From: Ylistrum balloti
Lineage: Eukaryota
Assembly: GCF_031769215.1 (NCBI RefSeq)
Contig: NW_026782312.1
Span: 1 to 64,000, forward strand
Direction: 5' to 3'
Length of the DNA: 64,000 nt
This document shows positions 57,651 through 64,000 of this stretch, piece after piece; the first letter of the stretch is position 1, and every line of letters starts with the position of its first letter. The notes beneath the pieces are model-generated. The model worked only from the letters and a program-made list of their open reading frames with translations. It made no database searches and was not told the DNA's origin. The translations under genes were made by a program, and so were the position numbers.

Positions 57651-58684
57651 TGCATTTTGATATCTAAATTTGTATTTAAAGGCGAACAGATATTCACCTG
57701 TGTGTCTGTACAACCTTTAAGTATTGAGTGGAAGAGAACATCATAACAAATATAATACTGCATCCTATTGCTGTTTCGTCCTGCCTTGACTGTCAGCAAT
57801 GCTGGAGATAAGAATTTGGAAATCCAAACAAGGAAGGGAGATGTGGGGAAAAAAACACCTGTAAATAAATATGTATAATGCATTAGACATGTCCATCATT
57901 GATTTAAGGAATGCTATTAATTTGTATGGTAAATTTTAAATACTGATACTTAATAGAGAAAGAAGTTGTATAATATTTCATAAAAATTTGGAACATAAAA
58001 GTAACTCATCATATCATTACATTCATATTTATTAATTTGAACCACTTTGTGTACAAGTTCGTTGGTAAAACAAGGCAACATTGTGTGTTTAGTAATAGCT
58101 ATCACATCCCTTTGTTTGGACGTCACAGAAGACAATAGTTCTGATATATGTATATTCTTTATACACATCCTTTCCCAAATGTCTGCATAATAACGATGGG
58201 TGAATAATATATATCTACGAGACAGATTGCCTATCATTATCACCTATATTGTTTTAACTTAATCGCTTTGCTCTTAGATCTATAAATCAACATAAGATAG
58301 AAATATGTTAGTAAAACTATTCTAGACAAAAAGTGTTTAACCCTACACAATAACCATTATTAATCATCCCAACAACATACAAACATATAGATAACTACTG
58401 TTATTTTCAAAGTGTTCAATTTTTTGCTGAAAACATTGAAAAATAAAGTTCCTAGAATAAACCATTGTTCGTCTAATGACTTTGATGGAAAAAGATACAT
58501 AATGAATTCAATTTGTTTCAAGCTTTCAGTAAAATCTTGAAATTGTGAAGTACAGAAACAATAACGTTACAAGTCGAACATCAATAAAGGAATCTTACGC
58601 CCAGATAATCTGCAATTATCTCAATCTTTTAGGCTACACAGTTGTATTGTGTTTATGATATATTTCACACATCTCAATATTCTT

Positions 58685-59317
58685 ACCAAACAGAAAGTCT
58701 ACAGAGATTTTACTACAGACATCTTAGTCTTAAACATCTATATAGTTTTACTACAGACATCTTAGTCTTAAACATCTATATAGTTTTATCGCAGAAATCT
58801 TAAATATCTTTAATTTTACCACATACATCTTATTCTTTAACATCTGTATAGTTTTAACAAACATCATAGTCTTAAACATCTGTATAGTTTTACCAGACGA
58901 CATAGTCTTAAACATCTGTATAGTTTTATCAGACGTCATAGTCTTAAACATCTGTATAGTTTTACCACAGACATCATAGTCTTAAACATCTGTATAGTTT
59001 TACCACAGACATCATAGTCTTAACATCTGTGTAGTTTTATAAGACGTCATAGTCTTAAACATCTGTATAGTTTTACTACTGACATCATAGTCTTAAACAT
59101 CAGTATAGTTTTACCACAGACATCATAGTCTTAAACATCTGTATAGTTTTACCACAGACATCATAGTCTTAAACATCTGTGTAGTTTTACCACAGACATC
59201 ATAGTCTTAAACATCTGTATAGTTTTACCACAGACATCATAGTATTAAACATCTGTGTAGTTTTACCACACACCTTAGTCTTAAACATCTATATAGTTTT
59301 ACCAGACATCATAGTCA
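58685..59317. repeat. 38-bp minisatellite (about 15 copies)
   Basis: Unit TGTATAGTTTTACCACAGACATCATAGTCTTAAACATC. Confidence 0.93.
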
Positions 59318-59721
59318 TCTGAATTGAATGGATCATTAGAAACATGTATATATGTTACCTCTAATCACTGTGATACAGCTGTGCAATCATAACATATTTT
59401 ATCCATCACATTTCACTCACCTAGAACAAGAACAATTCTAATTTTACAAAAGGAAATCATTAATGTTCCTTTGTAAGAAGCTTGTCTAAAACTAAGTCAG
59501 TTTAAGCATGAGTAACAACACCATGGTACATGTGAGTTTACAAGGCATGAACACATAATATAAAAACTGTACACATTAAAAGCTTCAGTAAAGGACTTAG
59601 TCCTGATATTATATCAGAGAAAAATAAAAATTTATATAATCATACAGTATACTACTGTGAATTACAAACATTATTCATGTTGCCCATTATTTTAGGGATA
59701 TGAAGACTGCTAAGACATATT

Positions 59722-60045
59722 GTCTACTACCAGTATGACAGTTATGGTTACTAGGGATTTGCAGGTTGCTATGACAAACTGTCCAATCTGCTACCAGTAT
59801 ATGACAGTTATAGTTACTAGGGATGGGCAGGTTGCTATGACAAACTGTCCAATCTGCTACCAGTATATGACAGTTATGGTTACTAGGGATGTGCAGGTTG
59901 CTATGACAAACTGTCCAATCTGCTACCAGTATATGACAGTTATGGTTACTAGGGATGGGCAGGTTGCTATGACAAAATGTCCAATCTGCTACCAGTATAT
60001 GACAGTTATAGTTACTAGGGATATGCAGGTTGCATGACAAACTGT
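59722..60045. repeat. 66-bp minisatellite (about 5 copies)
   Basis: GTTGCTATGACAAACTGTCCAATCTGCTACCAGTATATGACAGTTATAGTTACTAGGGATGGGCAG, period 66 (59765, 59831...). Confidence 0.93.
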
Positions 60046-61051
60046 CAAACCTTTACTTCCACAGCTATTCCATCCTTTATCTCCGCACAAAAAAGAGCCT
60101 TGTTTGCTCCAAGACTTTATGAATTAATGAATTTCTAATTTACAAAGATCAGAAACGTATTAGAGCAAATCCTGAAACATTTTCTTAAAATGTAATGCCA
60201 AAACATCTGTTACAAGACTACTGAAAGCAAGCAAGACAAACAGCAACCAGAAGAAAAGAAAGAAGTCATAAGACCATTTAATGACCAGAAAATAAATAGG
60301 ACCACTATTTTCACCCATGTTGGTTTCTTCTGGGTAACCATTTCTCTTTACACCCATTCAATGTCTTAGTACGCCATTTCTCTTTACTCTCATTCAAGGT
60401 CTAAGAACTAGTCAACTTTCATGACTTAAGAAATATATATTGATCTTATATATATATAAGTATATGAACAAATGTCATAATATGTCAACAAATGCAATAC
60501 TCCAGAAAATATCAATATGAAAGGGCAGATCTGCAGCATTTTACTGCAGTGTGGGTAGTTCAGTGCACAGTATATAACCGAAAAATTGTTGTACATATAA
60601 ACTCTTAAAATTTTTGTTCACAAAGCTATGAATGCCATCAATGATTCAGCGATTACAATTAAGAAGAAGAAACCTCTCCTGTCTTAATGTCAATGATACA
60701 TGCTAAAAATATGGTATTATGATAAAAAGTTACATTTTTTACAAAAATGATCAAGACAAAAAATATGTGTGAGCAACATGATTTGTATTTTGGGCCTTCT
60801 GAATGACCCATGGAATGTGATTTTGTATCAAATATTGCTTCAATTTCAAAACAAAACAAAATTCTTCTGAACTGTAAATTTCTTCAAAGCACCTTTAGAG
60901 GAATATCTCATTCCTTGAACTACATTACGACAAGAACGATTGGATTTTTACAATGACAAAGGTAACAATTTTCTTGATATCACCACTACCTTATATGTAA
61001 TTCTCCAAACTTCCTCACCTCCAATCCGACATTAACTTGCTTACTGATATT

Positions 61052-61462
61052 ACCAATGTCTTAGCACTAGTGTATATACTTACCATGGTCTTAGCACTAG
61101 TGTAGATACTCACAGTGGACTGTCTAACTGACATTACCATGGTCTTAGCACTAGCGTAGATACTTACCATGGTCTTAGCATTAGTGTAGATACTGTCCAT
61201 GGACTGTCTAACTGACATTACCATGGTCTTAGCACTAGTGTAGATACTGTCCATGGACTGGCTAACTGACATTACCATGGTCTTAGCACTAGTGTAGATA
61301 CTCTCAGTGGACTGTCTAACTGACATTACCATGGTCTTAGCACTAGTGTAGATACTGTCCATGGACTGGCTAACTGATATTACCATGGTCTTAGCACTAG
61401 TGTAGATACTCTCAGTGGACTGTCTAACTGACATTACCATGGTCTTAGCACTAGTGTAAATA
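61052..61462. repeat. 54-bp minisatellite (about 8 copies, some truncated)
   Basis: Unit ACCATGGTCTTAGCACTAGTGTAGATACTGTCCATGGACTGTCTAACTGACATT. Confidence 0.92.
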
Positions 61463-63404
61463 CTCTATATGCTGTCTGTCTAATAACCATGAACTTAATG
61501 CTAATGAAGACCATCCTGACTGGTACTTGACCTTACCATGGTCTGAGCACTGTAAACACTACTCATTTCCTTACTTATTAATATTGCCATGGTTTTAGCT
61601 TTTAGCACTTTTCAACATCCATATTGATGGGCTCATAGACAGTATTTTGATTTTAGCACTGAAGACATGATGATCAGTTTTTGACATTTTTTGTTTCTGG
61701 ATTTATACAAGCCTATTACTTTCAAATTCCAATCTAAAGTAAAAAAGACTGACATGACTTGTCAAAATCAATAATCATAAGAAACAGATACTCAGTCTGA
61801 CCACTTAAATGACGAGCAATGAGGAGAATCGACTGTATTGTAGTTAAATTCTCAGGACATTGCCCAGGAAGCTGAATATAAAAAATATATATTCATAAAG
61901 CACATTTGCGAGAAGATGGTAATTTATTGCACTACACTGAACTGGCTTTAAAAAGTAAGGAAATTATAATTATAATCTGTATATCATTCAAATTTGAAAA
62001 CATAGCTAATTCAAATAACATGTAGTAAAAACGCCTTTTAAGACAGATGGCCTTTGTATAAATGTGGTCTTAAGGATAGGTTTGACTATATACATAAAAT
62101 ACATGCTGTTATATAGACAAAGTTTAGAACAAAAAGTTTCTAGAATATTTAAAGTGATCAATTTCATAATTGATTTCATGATTTGAATGAAATACAGTTA
62201 TCAAATAGGTTAAAAAATTAGTGTTCTGCTTGGATTTGTAAAAATCTTTTTGTAAATAAAGTAAAATATCTATATACATGAGTAGTAAAATATTTATCAC
62301 ACACTAAACACTGAGACATATTCTTCATTTTAACAATACAGAAATTAAAACTATACATATTTATGATTTTATCAATCATATGGTATTGTCTATGTTTTAT
62401 GGAAGAGAGTATCAATTTAACATATGTACATTAACAACAGTAGATTTGCAGCTTATTAGGTAACTACCTAAAGAAAATAATTGCTTTTTCATCACTTGTA
62501 TATTAAATGTTTACATCAAACTCATGAAGAAAACTGTTATGTGCTGAGCAAATTAAGAAATTTACATAAATCACATATTTAGAAAATTCATTAGTTAAAA
62601 AAAAGAAAAATCAATTTCAAGAACAGAGCATCACATATTTACAACAGTTAAATACTGAATGAAAGTTTTAACAATAAAATGTAAATGAAAATTATATTTT
62701 TACAAAATGTCCTCTCAAACTCAAATTTATCGAAAACTGATTGAATTTCTTTTACATTCAAATGTCCATCACTTAATGAAAACATTCTCAACATGAACAT
62801 GCTCAAATAATATATACAGCACAATTTTAAAAATTAAAAATAAAAAATAATCATTGTATTGGAAAAACAAGATGAAAATGATTCGAAGATTGTCAATCAT
62901 TGAACATTTTTTTCTATTTGGTGAAATGAAAATATTAATTTGAATTATAACCTTTCAGTTTGATTACAGTCCTTTACCATCCATTTTGGATAGTATGGTT
63001 ATTGACCGAGTAATTAATGACCGGAAAAAATGAGGCAACCATGGGCCAGAGGACAATGATTAGTCATAAATGCATTATTTGTTTGAAGTTTCACTTTTGA
63101 TGCAAGTCTTTTCTGAATATAATAAGAGGTAGCAAGCAGCTTGACAATATCATTCATTGTTCAGTTCACTTGAAAATCTTTCTGGAATTGCCAATACTTC
63201 ATTCCATGATACAGTTTGTCTTTTATCAAACTGGTTTTTTTTTATCTAATTTTGATTAATCAATCAATGACCTGATAATCATCATCATGTATATCATAAC
63301 ACAAAATCAATTCAACAATAAAATTTCAAACAAAATACTTTGTTATTAATTCACATAATCATTAATATGTATTCAAATAAATGATAACATAAAAATCCAC
63401 AGAT

Positions 63405-63548
63405 GTGTGGTCAGAGGTAACACACTCATCTTTCACCCACATGTCCAGGATTCTACTTCCAAAAATTATATGAAAAGGTATGAGGTCAACAGCCAAACCA
63501 CTTTGGTTTTCCCTCAGTAATCCAGTTTCCTCCTACAGTAAAACCCTT
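63405..63548 (+). mobile_element. Decayed tRNA-derived SINE copy (same family as 42926-43073)
   Basis: GTGGTCAGAGGTAACACACTC..CTTTCACC, a degenerate B-box, and the tail GTTTCCTCCTACAGTAAAACCC align with the 42.9-kb copy. Confidence 0.55.
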
Positions 63549-64000
63549 AACACACATTAATCTAGGTCAAAAGAGTGATTACTGTAAATTTTAATAATTT
63601 GTTTCTCAATTGTTGTAAAATAAATAAAAGCCAATTTATCTATTTAAAAACAAGAGATTTTTAAGTATAGATTCCATAAAAAAATCTCCCAACTTTTATA
63701 AGCTTCAAGAAATATCAATGGTTAAAAAAACTGGTTTATCACTAACAAATTTGTTATCATGACCTCTATCTAGTTAAAACTTTATCTCTCGTTTCACTGT
63801 ATTTTCTGTACCTTATTAACAACAGAAAACTAAGGAATCTATCCTACATTACATTAATTTCATAGACGTTTTCTCTGATACTGTATTTATGAGCAAATAA
63901 ACACTGCCAAGAATTTAGCCCCTTTCTTCACTTTTGCAGAATAGTGAGCTAAAAGTGGCTTATATTAAGCACTCCAAAAACTTTAACACTAAACTGGTAC

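Noticed and set aside
59687-61440. Cys/His-rich and Met/Ser-rich repeat ORFs (59687-60040, 59720-60037, 61015-61440), also 24372-24684 and 58751-58951
   Set aside because: The unit lengths are mostly multiples of three and frames are open on both strands; there are no splice or domain signals.
61500-64000. AT-rich terminal region
   Set aside because: No supportable coding exon; only a decayed SINE was recognised.

Overview
AT-rich eukaryotic genomic DNA with spliceosomal introns, most likely from a bivalve mollusc (inferred from gene and repeat content). Five spliced protein-coding genes could be reconstructed by hand. They are the 5' half of an ionotropic glutamate receptor/IR-family gene (minus strand, 9 exons, runs off the left edge), a complete CFAP300 (C11orf70), two tandem SLC16/MCT-type transporter paralogues, and a RING-Bbox-Bbox-coiled-coil-PRY/SPRY TRIM gene. 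The window also holds a tRNA-Asp(GTC) gene, a decayed full-length Ty3/Gypsy retrotransposon with very short LTRs, two hAT-type MITEs, LINE, Penelope-like and SINE fragments, and about 11 unrelated minisatellites. The standout is a 45-bp x 9 tandem array at 33127-33525, in intron 1 of the first MCT gene and in the sense orientation. Each unit is a minimal hammerhead ribozyme (CATCA-CTGACGA-GTCC-loop-GGAC-GAAA-CAGTT-GTA-TGATG). Units 6-8 keep an intact catalytic core, and the head-to-tail junctions can fold into compact type III hammerheads that would excise an exact 45-nt RNA. Four decayed single copies of the same element are dispersed through the window. Ribozyme activity is predicted from sequence only and was not tested.
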